DNA of 32,000 nucleotides from Nitratidesulfovibrio vulgaris str. Hildenborough (lineage in GTDB: Bacteria > Desulfobacterota > Desulfovibrionia > Desulfovibrionales > Desulfovibrionaceae), in the NCBI RefSeq assembly GCF_000195755.1, contig NC_002937.3:810001-842000 (forward strand). Reading direction: 5' to 3'. Positions 1 to 9,843 of the stretch are shown here, one piece after another. A program made the translations under genes and the position numbers. The notes under the pieces are model-generated. The model had not been told where the DNA came from. It did no database searches and was given only the letters and a program-made list of their open reading frames with translations. Numbering within the stretch: position 1 is the first letter of the stretch; every line of letters starts with the position of its first letter.

Positions 1-470
1 GCGTAGATGTCCCGCACACGGGGGATGAGGTCGAGAAGTCCCGCCCTTCCCCCGCGTGACCGTTTGGGCAGGTATGTGGCGGCGAAGAAGGGCGTACCGT
101 CCGGCAGGGCGAAGATGGTCAGCGGCCAGCCGCCCGTGCCCGTCAGCATCTGACAGGCGTTCATGTAGAGGGCGTCGATGTCGGGCCTCTCCTCACGGTC
201 GACCTTCACGCATACGAAACCCTCGTTGAGGGCCTGTGAGACCTCTGCATCCTCGAAGGACTCATGGGCCATGACATGGCACCAGTGGCAGGTGGAATAA
301 CCTACACTGACGAAGAGCGGGACATCACGTTCGCGGGCGAGGGCAAGTGCCGCCTCCCCCCATGGATGCCAGTCCACGGGGTTGTGGGCATGCTGGCGCA
401 GGTAGGGGCTCGGGGCTGTGGCAAGACGATTGGGGCCGGTGGTCTGTAAGGGGGTCCGGGGGTCTGTCAT
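1..470 (-). CDS. thioredoxin-fold DUF255/YyaL-family protein, N-terminal part only (gene continues past the left edge)
   Basis: Absent from the ORF track because no stop lies inside the window. The reverse complement from ATG 470..468 reads [135 protein letters not shown]... It carries the family-typical NPVDW, CHWCHVM and [10 protein letters not shown] motifs. A GGGAGG RBS (complement of 475-480) lies 4 nt upstream of the ATG. Confidence 0.8.
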   Translation of the reverse strand, partial: MTDPRTPLQTTGPNRLATAPSPYLRQHAHNPVDWHPWGEAALALARERDVPLFVSVGYSTCHWCHVMAHESFEDAEVSQALNEGFVCVKVDREERPDIDALYMNACQMLTGTGGWPLTIFALPDGTPFFAATYLPKRSRGGRAGLLDLIPRVRDIY

Positions 471-886
471 GGGGCCTCCCGTTGTGTCTGTGTGTGCGTC
501 TTGAGGGTGCCGCGCGTGTGCAATGGATGTGCGACTTTGCAACACCATAAGCATTACCGGGCGTTCCGTCACGTGCCGTATGCACCGGCGGCCATGATAT
601 GCAAAAATGGCCTGACAGGGGTTGGCTGCCGGGCGCACCGTTTCGCACGTGTCGGGCAGAAGGTAGACACTGGAGACTGGCTACGTGATACGGAGGCTTG
701 GTGACGGGGGGATGCAACACGAGGGGGCAGCGTCGCCCGCATGGGGGTGGCAGGCCCGCAGCAGGGAGGATGTCATGCCCGCACCGGATGTGTGTGGTCG
801 CATTCCGTGAGGCGTGCGTTTTCATGTCTAGCGGCAGGCACGCTGCCGCGAAAGGCGATAGCCGACAGACGGGGGCGTGACGATGA

Positions 887-908
887 AGGGCGGCCCTGTG
901 GCCGCCCT
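887..908 (-). terminator. GC-rich hairpin about 30 nt downstream of the tgt stop (candidate intrinsic terminator, no clear U-tract)
   Basis: AGGGCGGCC (887-895), loop CTGT, GGCCGCCCT (900-908): a perfect 9-bp stem. A second 7-bp hairpin, GCGGCAG-N5-CTGCCGC, lies at 831-849. Confidence 0.4.
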
Positions 909-937
909 CTCGCGTGTCCTGTGACGTTCTTCGCCTG

Positions 938-2784
<1,847 letters not shown>

Positions 2785-2992
2785 GGCGTCACGTCCGGCA
2801 GGTGAGGTCGGCTTACGGTTTGTGGTGGCGTACGGAGGTGGTTGTAAAATACTGTTGTTCGCCAATGTAGCGTTGGCCTATATGTGGAGATGCAGCTTGT
2901 GGCATGGTTGACGTGTTCGAAAAAAAGTCTAGAAAAATGCTAATATTCGCTTTCAAATGACAATCTGAAATGGTCGAGCGCAAGTAGTTGTG

Positions 2993-3011
2993 TGATTGAT
3001 TGTTTCAATCA
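2993..3011. promoter_or_regulatory. perfect inverted repeat TGATTGA-N5-TCAATCA in the AT-rich divergent intergenic region (candidate operator)
   Basis: TGATTGA at 2993-2999, spacer TTGTT, TCAATCA at 3005-3011. It sits in the middle of the only AT-rich island in the window. Confidence 0.3.
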
Positions 3012-3144
3012 GTGTTTTATATGTAAAGAAAGACTTCATGTAGTCAATACTGCGTTATGAAAACGACGCGCCAAACGAGAATATCATTGCTCTAAAATGC
3101 GGGTTCATGGTCTATACTGAAGGTAGGCTGCATAACCGTCTTCG

Positions 3145-3170
3145 CCGGATGCGGGTAGGGTGGCATCCGG
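3145..3170 (+). other. leader hairpin upstream of ORF 3205
   Basis: CCGGATGC (3145-3152) pairs perfectly with GCATCCGG (3163-3170). The 10-nt loop is G-rich (GGGTAGGGTG). It lies 35 nt upstream of the ATG. Confidence 0.3.
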
Positions 3171-3204
3171 TGTCGGGGGAAGGGGATCCTCCGGGAGGAA
3201 CACC

Positions 3205-3660
3205 ATGGACGAGATCAGGATCAAGCGCAACGACAGGGACGATCTGGTCTTCAAGGGCGAGCGGCTGGTCCGGGTGGACGACCGCGAATGGATGGGAATC
3301 GCGCCCAATTGGTGGGAACTCACGCTCTATCGCACAGAGGTGGGACGGTATGTGCTCGCCTCGGTCTTCCATCGCAACTACCCTCGCGGCAAGACGTTGT
3401 ACGGGGCACTGCTCTTCGAGCGTCCCGAAGATGTGCGCGACTACATCATCCACGACTGCAACGGGCCGTCCATGATCGCGGAGGCACTGCTGAAGCGGGC
3501 TCGGCGCAGATTGCGCGACATCGACAACCCCTTGCCGCCCTTGCCTATATTCTCGCGCGAGGCGGATTACGAGGAGGAACCGGAGTGTCCGCCCCGTGTC
3601 GCCTACGGCCCGTTGACGGACTTCGCGGCCTTCGGCGAGCGCGAGGTGCCGTACGCCTAG
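3205..3660 (+). CDS. hypothetical protein (151 aa), no family confidently recognised
   Basis: ORF 3160..3660 (GTG start) trimmed to ATG 3205, preceded by GGGAGGA (3193-3199) at 5 nt spacing. The protein begins MDEIRIKRNDRDDLVFKGERLVRVDDREWMGIAPNWWELTLYRTEVGRYVLASVFH... and has an acidic/proline-rich C-terminus. Confidence 0.6.
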   Translation: MDEIRIKRNDRDDLVFKGERLVRVDDREWMGIAPNWWELTLYRTEVGRYVLASVFHRNYPRGKTLYGALLFERPEDVRDYIIHDCNGPSMIAEALLKRARRRLRDIDNPLPPLPIFSREADYEEEPECPPRVAYGPLTDFAAFGEREVPYA

Positions 3661-3880
3661 GCGTGCCGCGGCGCTAGCGTGTTACGTCAGGCGTAGGCTG
3701 ACCCGGTGGTGAGACCTTGTCCGGTATCGCACGGCCCTTGGCGGAGGTGCCGATAGACGGGGCATGTCGGAGGAGACGCCTATGGGTGCATCGAAGACGC
3801 CCTTCATTCCTTTGGGGATGGAGGGCGTTCTGCTGTCGTGGCACACGCGTTTCGCGAGGGGGTGTCTTCGGTCTTCGTGC

Positions 3881-3895
3881 GGCGTATGTGCGGTG
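3881..3895. repeat. 15-nt direct repeat, copy 1 (GGCGTATGTGCGGTG)
   Basis: Identical 15-mer at 3881-3895 and 4035-4049. Both copies are preceded by CTTCG (copy 1 has an extra TGC). Confidence 0.8.
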
Positions 3896-3901
3896 AGGCT
3901 A

Positions 3902-3949
3902 GCGAAGCAAGGTTCGTAACCGGAGAGAACATTCGCTCTCGTGCTTCGC
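3902..3949. other. hairpin between the two direct-repeat copies
   Basis: GCGAAGCA (3902-3909) pairs with TGCTTCGC (3942-3949). There is also an inner GAGAG/CTCTC helix. No U-tract on either strand. Confidence 0.35.
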
Positions 3950-4034
3950 GTCCATCATTATAGCCACACATGGTATGCTGGTAGACCGGCAGCACGGCAG
4001 ACACGAGCGCCCCATGAGGTGGGCAGGTGCTTCG

Positions 4035-4049
4035 GGCGTATGTGCGGTG
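4035..4049. repeat. 15-nt direct repeat, copy 2 (GGCGTATGTGCGGTG)
   Basis: Identical to 3881-3895. It ends exactly 1 nt before the stop codon (4050-4052) of the minus-strand DUF1848 gene. Confidence 0.8.
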
Positions 4050-5015
4050 TCATTCCCCGTCGCCGTCGTCGCGCGTCGCCGCCGTCGTCTCAACAGTCAG
4101 GGAGGGGCAGCCGGGCATGCCGAACGCAGGTGCATGGGAATGACACGGCATGAAGACATGGCGCCTGTTGTCTGTCGTGCCTCCGGCATAACAGTAGACG
4201 CAGCCGCGTGGGCATGTGCCGTAGACCCCGATGTCGAACGACGGCAGACAGCGGCAGAGTGTGCGTTGCCCGGAGTGGCGGGTGTCGCCCGCCACCCGGC
4301 CCGTGGCCCTGAATATCCACTCGGCGTCGACGCAACCGGCGGCCTGTTCTCCTGCAATGGCGGCGCAGCAGACTGACAGGGGCATTCCGTTCTCCAGTGC
4401 GATGGACGAGAGTCTGTCGAGGATGTCCCGTTTCTCGTGTTCTCCGGGCAATGTCACCTCGGCACCTCTCGCATTGAGTGTGCGAAGGCGGCGGCGCGTC
4501 TGCCCGTAGGGTTCCATGAACGCGGTCACGCCACGGTCCACATGGCCCGCCAGCCGGGCGGTCAGCGTGCCGAACGTGTCCTCGTGCCACGTCACCGGGG
4601 TATGCCGCGACAGGATGACCGGGTCGTACCGCCACACCACGCAACGGGGGCCCACCTCTTCCGCGAGGCGCAAGAGCGCATCGCAGGCGCGGTCGGCATT
4701 GGCAGGCCCGCCGTGGCGTCTTGCGTCGGGTTCGAAGATGCCGGGATAGCCCGTTATCGTCATGTGGAACAGGGCCGGAATGCCAAGGTCGCGCAACGTG
4801 CCGAGGTGCGGCAGCAACGGGGCGGGGTCGCGCGTCCAGAAGACGATGGCGGTGACGTCCTGCGGGCGCAACGAGACACGCGTCACCCTTTCCGCCGCGT
4901 ACGGACTGGGCACGAGGCAGTAGCCTTCATGCAGTCGCTGCATGAACCACGGCGTGTAGTAGGCCGGTATGTCGGTGCGCCGGCTTGCGGAGATGATGCG
5001 GGGCTTCGCGCTCAT
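4050..5015 (-). CDS. DUF1848 domain protein (C-terminal Cys cluster, putative Fe-S enzyme)
   Basis: The ATG start reads MSAKPRIISASRRTDIPAYYTPWFMQRLHEGY, the N-terminus I associate with DUF1848. The C-terminal Cys cluster is CRCLPSFDIGVYGTCPRGCVYCYA. The ATG lies 4 nt after the stop of the upstream gene. Confidence 0.75.
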   Translation of the reverse strand: MSAKPRIISASRRTDIPAYYTPWFMQRLHEGYCLVPSPYAAERVTRVSLRPQDVTAIVFWTRDPAPLLPHLGTLRDLGIPALFHMTITGYPGIFEPDARRHGGPANADRACDALLRLAEEVGPRCVVWRYDPVILSRHTPVTWHEDTFGTLTARLAGHVDRGVTAFMEPYGQTRRRLRTLNARGAEVTLPGEHEKRDILDRLSSIALENGMPLSVCCAAIAGEQAAGCVDAEWIFRATGRVAGDTRHSGQRTLCRCLPSFDIGVYGTCPRGCVYCYAGGTTDNRRHVFMPCHSHAPAFGMPGCPSLTVETTAATRDDGDGE

Positions 5016-5019
5016 GGTC

Positions 5020-6339
5020 CTACTGGCGTGCGGTCGAACCTTCCTGCTGTGAAAGACCGAGGAACACCAGCGTGTCGAGCGTGTCCAGAAGGCGCAGGTA
5101 GAGGCCGCCGCTGGCCATGGGCGGGCCGAAGAGGGCCGTGCGCTGTTCCTTGAGACTCTGGCGGGACACGGTCTCCGGAAAGGTCTTGGAGAGGGTCATG
5201 GCCAGACGTTCAGCCAGAAGGTACCCGGTGACACCCTGATGGAAGAGTGTGAGGTCGCGCATGAAGGTCTCACGCTGGGCGGCCCAGTAGGCCGTTGCGG
5301 CTTGCGAGGGCTTCATGGACACCGCGGTGCAGATGCCGGCATGGAGGTTGTTGAGGTTCGCGCCGGGAATGCCAGCCCGCCAGCCGATGAGCCATGCGTT
5401 GCGCCTGAAGAACAGGCAGTGGTTGATGCCGATGGTGACGATGTCGTCGAACAGGGCGCGGGCACGCAGAAGTGCCGGGTCGTCCCATTGCACGGGCAGT
5501 GCGTCGAGGTCCCATGCGGGCACCTCGTGGGCGGCGGCGCGTATCCTGCCGCTGGAGAGGTGTTCGACAAGGTGCGTCAGCCAGCCGTTGGCGGCGGGCG
5601 ACCCCGGTGTTTCGAGGTGCGAATAGCTCAATGTGTAGGTGCCCTTGCCGTGATGCCCGTGCAGGATGCAGGGTTGCCCTTCAAGGAAGGTGGGCCGCAG
5701 GTGGATGCCGTACAGGGCCTCCCATTCGGCGAAGGTGCCGGGAGGTAGCGTGTCCAGCGGCAGGTCGGCCACCCAGAAGTCGGGGCCGGGTACGGTGTAC
5801 GAGGCCAGAATCTCGACCTCGCCGTCCTTCTCCGGGGCGAAGCGGCCGGGCCACCAGATGGGGAGAAGCGGCGTGTCGTCAGAGGCGGGGGCTGTGGCGG
5901 CGGAAGCTGGCGACGCGGCCACGGTGCGGTCGAAGGCGTCGGGCACGAGAGGGTGCCCCGTCCTTGTGGCGGCATGGATATGACCGGAGACGAAGTGCTG
6001 CATCCGGTCGCTGAACGAGGCACGCGACCACGGGCACAGGCCAAGGCCGTGCTGCCCTGAAAGCCCCAGTCCCGCACCGCCGCAGAAGCCGAGATAATGG
6101 CCGCCTGAAGCGACGTAGTCGCGGATGGCGGCGATGCCCGCATGGCCCAGCGCCTCGGCCTTGAGGCGCGCCGTGCCGCCCGGCACCACCAGCAGGGCGG
6201 GCGGGTTGCAAGAAAGAAGGCCGTGGGCTATCTCCTCTCCCTTGACCAGACGGTAGGGCAGGCCGAGGGCTTCGGCCGCCCGCCAGACAAGCAGTCCCCA
6301 GATGTGGGACTCGTCCCAGAGAATGTGAAGGGTTGACAT
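5020..6339 (-). CDS. class-I glutamine-amidotransferase-like (BPL_N-like) N-terminal domain protein, C-terminal half unassigned
   Basis: ORF 5020..6453 trimmed to ATG 6339 (MSTLHILWDESHIWGLLVWRAAEALGLPYRLV). ATG 6354 is an alternative start. The segment LLVVPGGTARLKAEALGHAGIAAIRDYVASGGHYLGFCGGAG resembles a GATase1 fold with Cys in a nucleophile-elbow-like position. Confidence 0.6.
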   Translation of the reverse strand: MSTLHILWDESHIWGLLVWRAAEALGLPYRLVKGEEIAHGLLSCNPPALLVVPGGTARLKAEALGHAGIAAIRDYVASGGHYLGFCGGAGLGLSGQHGLGLCPWSRASFSDRMQHFVSGHIHAATRTGHPLVPDAFDRTVAASPASAATAPASDDTPLLPIWWPGRFAPEKDGEVEILASYTVPGPDFWVADLPLDTLPPGTFAEWEALYGIHLRPTFLEGQPCILHGHHGKGTYTLSYSHLETPGSPAANGWLTHLVEHLSSGRIRAAAHEVPAWDLDALPVQWDDPALLRARALFDDIVTIGINHCLFFRRNAWLIGWRAGIPGANLNNLHAGICTAVSMKPSQAATAYWAAQRETFMRDLTLFHQGVTGYLLAERLAMTLSKTFPETVSRQSLKEQRTALFGPPMASGGLYLRLLDTLDTLVFLGLSQQEGSTARQ

Positions 6340-6472
6340 CGTCCTGTCGCTCATTGAGGGTGGGGCGTCCGCTCGCCACATGGGGCGTGTCCTTCTGGGG
6401 CGCCGGTTGCTCTGGCCCGGGCGCCTCGCGTCCGGTCCGGCACCATACATCACCTATTCCGGAGATTACAAT

Positions 6473-9127
6473 ATGGCGGAGAACGCGTTGCCGAAGGGCT
6501 ATGAGCCCCGTGACGTCGAAGAACGCTGGCGCAGGCACTGGGAGGACAACCGTACCTTCACCCCCGACATGGACGCGCCGGGCGAACCCTATTCAATCGT
6601 CATTCCGCCGCCGAACGTCACGGGCGCGCTGCACATCGGCCATGCTCTCAACCATGTGCTCATCGACGTGCTGTGCCGCAATGCACGGCAGCAGGGCAAG
6701 AAGGTCCTGTGGCTTCCGGGCACCGACCACGCGGGCATCGCCACGCAGAACGTGGTGGAACGCGCCCTCGCCAAGGAAGGACTCAGCCGTCACGACCTCG
6801 GCCGTGAGGCGTTCATCGAACGTGTCTGGCAGTGGAAAGAGGAGTACGGCAACCGCATCCTCAACCAGATACGCATGCTGGGCGACTCCGTCGACTGGAC
6901 GCGCGAACGCTTCACCATGGACGAAGGGCTTTCCAAGGCCGTGCGCAAGGTGTTCGTCGACCTGTACAACGGCGGCTACATCTACCGCGGCAACTACATC
7001 ATCAACTGGTGCAACCGTTGCCACACCGCCCTCGCCGATGACGAAGTCGACCATATGCCCGAACAGGGCCACCTCTACCATGTGCGCTACGACTTCGAGG
7101 ACGGCAGCGGTTCGGTCGTCATCGCCACCACCCGCCCCGAGACCATCATGGCCGACACCGGCGTGTGCGTGCACCCCGAGGACGAACGCTACGCCGGGTT
7201 GATAGGCAAGAAGATTCTCGTGCCCGTCATCGGGCGCGCCGTACCGCTTTTCGCCGACACCTACGTCGACCGCGAATTCGGTACGGGCGCACTCAAGGTC
7301 ACCCCCTGCCACGACCCCAACGACTGGACGCTGGGCGAACGCCACGGTCTCGCCTTCATCCAGTGCATCGACGAGGACGGCAACATGACCGCCGAGGCCG
7401 GACCCTACGCGGGGCTGACCAAGGAGGAGTGCCGCAAGCGCATCGTGGCCGACCTCGAAGCCTCGGGGCAGCTTGTCCGCGTCGAAGAACTGAATCACAG
7501 CGTGGGGCATTGCTACCGCTGCAAGACGGTGGTCGAACCGCACATGTCGGAACAGTGGTTCGTGGCGTCGACCAAGCTTGCGCCGCGCGCCCGCGCAGCC
7601 GTGCCGCAGATGACGCAGATATTCCCCGAAAGCTGGATGAAGACCTACTTCAACTGGCTAGACAACATCCGCGACTGGTGCATCAGCCGTCAGATATGGT
7701 GGGGGCATCGCATCCCTGCATGGACGTGCGGCAAGTGCGGCAAGCTCATCGTCTCCGAACAGGACCCCACGGCATGTCCCGACTGCGGCTGCACCGACCT
7801 GACGCAGGACCCCGACGTGCTCGACACGTGGTTCTCGTCGGCCCTGTGGCCCTTCAGCACCATGGGCTGGCCCGACAAGACGAAGGACCTCGCCACCTTC
7901 TACCCCACTTCGGTACTGGTGACGGGCTTCGACATCCTGTTCTTCTGGGTCGCGCGCATGATGATGCTTGGCATGCATTTCATGGACGAGGTGCCTTTCA
8001 AGCACGTCTACCTGCATGCCCTCGTGCGTGACGGTGAAGGTCGCAAGATGTCGAAGTCCACGGGCAACGTCATCGACCCGCTGGCGATGATCGACAAGTA
8101 CGGCACCGACTCGCTGCGCTTCACCCTTGCGGCCTTCGCCGCCATGGGCCGCGACATCAAACTCTCCGAAGACCGCATCGAAGGCTACCGCCACTTCGTC
8201 AACAAGGTGTGGAACGCCGCACGGTTCTCGCTCATGAACCTGCCGGAGGAGGCACCTGCCGCCCTCGACCTCGATAACGTCAAGGGTATGCATCACAAGT
8301 GGATTCTGCATCGCCTCGAAGAGCTCAAGGCGTCGCAGGCTGCGGGCATCGACGGCTACCGCTTCAACGAAGTGGCGCAGGGGCTGTACCGCTTCTGGTG
8401 GAACGAGTTCTGCGACTGGTACCTTGAGCTCATCAAGCCCGACATGCAGGCGGGGGGCGAGCGTCAGGCCACGGCCCAGTATGTGCTGTGGACAGTGCTG
8501 CGCGAAGCCCTGCTGCTGTTGCACCCGTTCATGCCCTTCGTCACCGCCGAAGTGTGGCAGGCACTGCCCGGTCACGCCGGTGACGACATCGCCACCAAGC
8601 TGTACCCCGCCGCACGCCCCGGCTGCCGCGACGTCAAGGACGCGGAGCACATGGAACTGGTGCAGGCCACCATCAGCGCCGTGCGCACCATCCGTGCCGA
8701 ACTCAACATCGCGCCTTCGTACCGTCTCACCACGCTGGTGCGTCCGGCTTCCGCCGAAGACGCAGCCACCCTCGAAGAGGGGCGCGAGATGCTGATGACG
8801 CTGGCCCGCCTCGACGGGCTGACCGTCGCCGTCGACGTGGAGGCCCCCAAGGCTTCCGCCAGCAGCGTGGTCGCCGGTAACGAGGTCATCGTGCCCCTGA
8901 CGGGCGCGGTGGACTTCGAGGCCGAACTTGCCCGTCTCGACAAGGAACTGGGCAAGATAGAGAAGGACTTCGTGCAGGTGAACAAGAAGCTCGCCAACGA
9001 GAGCTTCGTCAGCAAGGCCCCGGCCGATGTCGTCGCCAAGGAGCGCGCCCGCGCCGAGGAACTGTCCGACGCCAAGGCCAAGCTCGAAGCGTTGCAGCAG
9101 CGCTTCCGCGACGCCATAGGCAAATAG
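6473..9127 (+). CDS. valS: valine--tRNA ligase
   Basis: ORF 6380..9127 trimmed to ATG 6473 (MAENALPKGYEPRDVEERW), with GGAG at 6461-6464. It has the HIGH motif (ALHIGHALNH), KMSKS (GRKMSKSTGN) and the C-terminal coiled coil typical of ValRS. Length 884 aa. Confidence 0.97.
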   Translation: MAENALPKGYEPRDVEERWRRHWEDNRTFTPDMDAPGEPYSIVIPPPNVTGALHIGHALNHVLIDVLCRNARQQGKKVLWLPGTDHAGIATQNVVERALAKEGLSRHDLGREAFIERVWQWKEEYGNRILNQIRMLGDSVDWTRERFTMDEGLSKAVRKVFVDLYNGGYIYRGNYIINWCNRCHTALADDEVDHMPEQGHLYHVRYDFEDGSGSVVIATTRPETIMADTGVCVHPEDERYAGLIGKKILVPVIGRAVPLFADTYVDREFGTGALKVTPCHDPNDWTLGERHGLAFIQCIDEDGNMTAEAGPYAGLTKEECRKRIVADLEASGQLVRVEELNHSVGHCYRCKTVVEPHMSEQWFVASTKLAPRARAAVPQMTQIFPESWMKTYFNWLDNIRDWCISRQIWWGHRIPAWTCGKCGKLIVSEQDPTACPDCGCTDLTQDPDVLDTWFSSALWPFSTMGWPDKTKDLATFYPTSVLVTGFDILFFWVARMMMLGMHFMDEVPFKHVYLHALVRDGEGRKMSKSTGNVIDPLAMIDKYGTDSLRFTLAAFAAMGRDIKLSEDRIEGYRHFVNKVWNAARFSLMNLPEEAPAALDLDNVKGMHHKWILHRLEELKASQAAGIDGYRFNEVAQGLYRFWWNEFCDWYLELIKPDMQAGGERQATAQYVLWTVLREALLLLHPFMPFVTAEVWQALPGHAGDDIATKLYPAARPGCRDVKDAEHMELVQATISAVRTIRAELNIAPSYRLTTLVRPASAEDAATLEEGREMLMTLARLDGLTVAVDVEAPKASASSVVAGNEVIVPLTGAVDFEAELARLDKELGKIEKDFVQVNKKLANESFVSKAPADVVAKERARAEELSDAKAKLEALQQRFRDAIGK

Positions 9128-9134
9128 AGCACTG

Positions 9135-9168
9135 GGCCGCGCCGGGACACCGGCGCGGCCTTTTTCTT
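9135..9168 (+). terminator. rho-independent terminator of valS
   Basis: GGCCGCGCCGG (9135-9145), loop GACA, CCGGCGCGGCC (9150-9160), followed by TTTTTCTT. It starts 8 nt after the valS stop. Confidence 0.85.
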
Positions 9169-9243
9169 GAGGTCCGCGTCCGGTTTCCTTGTCCGGCCTG
9201 CGGCACCAACTCTTACCTGCAATGCCTGAAGCGGGAACCGCGC

Positions 9244-9732
9244 ATGAGCACACAACCCCGAAAGGTCGAGACAACGCATCCCGCCCCGGCGTCCGGCATC
9301 CGCTACGCCGCGCCGTGCGGCCTTGATTGCGGGCGTTGCGTCATGTGCTCGCACGGCAAGGTCGCGGAGAGCGCCCGTGCCATACGCGGTGTGCTCGGCC
9401 CTAATTTCGCGCGGTACGCTGCGTTCCTTCAGGACATGCAGCCAGCGCTCGTCCACTATCCAGCCTTCGCCGAGCTGCTCGACGCCATGGCCGAGGGATG
9501 CTGCGAAGGCTGCCGCGACCGTGAGACGCCTTGCCATGCCTCGTGCAGGGTCCCTGAATGCACGCGCGCCCACGGGGTGGACTGGTGCGGGCTGTGCCCG
9601 GACTTTCCCTGTGCGGAGACCGGCCTGCCTGACCGGCTGGTGGAGAAGTGGCGCGAGGCCAACACCATCATCAGGGAGGCCGGTGTCGATGCATGGTTGC
9701 GGGAACTTGCCGAAAGGCCCCGCTACCTGTAG
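9244..9732 (+). CDS. Cys-rich DUF3795-type protein (162 aa)
   Basis: ATG start. Cys pattern: CGLDCGRCVMC ... CCEGC ... C..SC..PEC ... WCGLCPDFPC. This matches my recollection of DUF3795 metal-binding proteins. Confidence 0.65.
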   Translation: MSTQPRKVETTHPAPASGIRYAAPCGLDCGRCVMCSHGKVAESARAIRGVLGPNFARYAAFLQDMQPALVHYPAFAELLDAMAEGCCEGCRDRETPCHASCRVPECTRAHGVDWCGLCPDFPCAETGLPDRLVEKWREANTIIREAGVDAWLRELAERPRYL

Positions 9733-9811
9733 TCTGCACGCGGTCGTGACCCCGCCCCGGAGTGCCCCGTCCTCGGCAGGCGCGGGCTTGCGGCATGACG
9801 CCGTCGTGTCC

Positions 9812-9843
9812 CCTGTTGCATGAACAGGCACGGCACGCGTGCC
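9812..9843. promoter_or_regulatory. two adjacent palindromes upstream of cobA/hemD
   Basis: CCTGTT-GCATG-AACAGG (9812-9828) is followed immediately by the 12-bp perfect palindrome GGCACGCGTGCC (9832-9843). They lie about 125 nt upstream of ATG 9967. Confidence 0.25.

Noticed and set aside
3909-3924. AAGGTTCGTAACCGG resembling a tRNA T-arm (GGTTCGA.TCC)
   Set aside because: The stem is only 3 bp with a 5-nt loop, and there is no acceptor, D or anticodon arm around it. It is not a tRNA or tRNA fragment.
6396-6410. Sigma54-like element TGGGGC-N5-TTGCT with correct GG-N10-GC spacing, 63 nt upstream of valS
   Set aside because: Only 4 of 6 positions match at the -24 box. A housekeeping aminoacyl-tRNA synthetase is an implausible RpoN target, and GG/GC dinucleotides at this spacing are frequent by chance in GC-rich DNA. 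It is worth including in a PWM scan but is not reportable.
7658-9274. 538-aa minus-strand ORF antisense to valS (also 6593..7543 minus and 7165..8031 plus)
   Set aside because: valS occupies this DNA with HIGH/KMSKS motifs in another frame or strand. These translations have no recognisable domains and a skewed composition.
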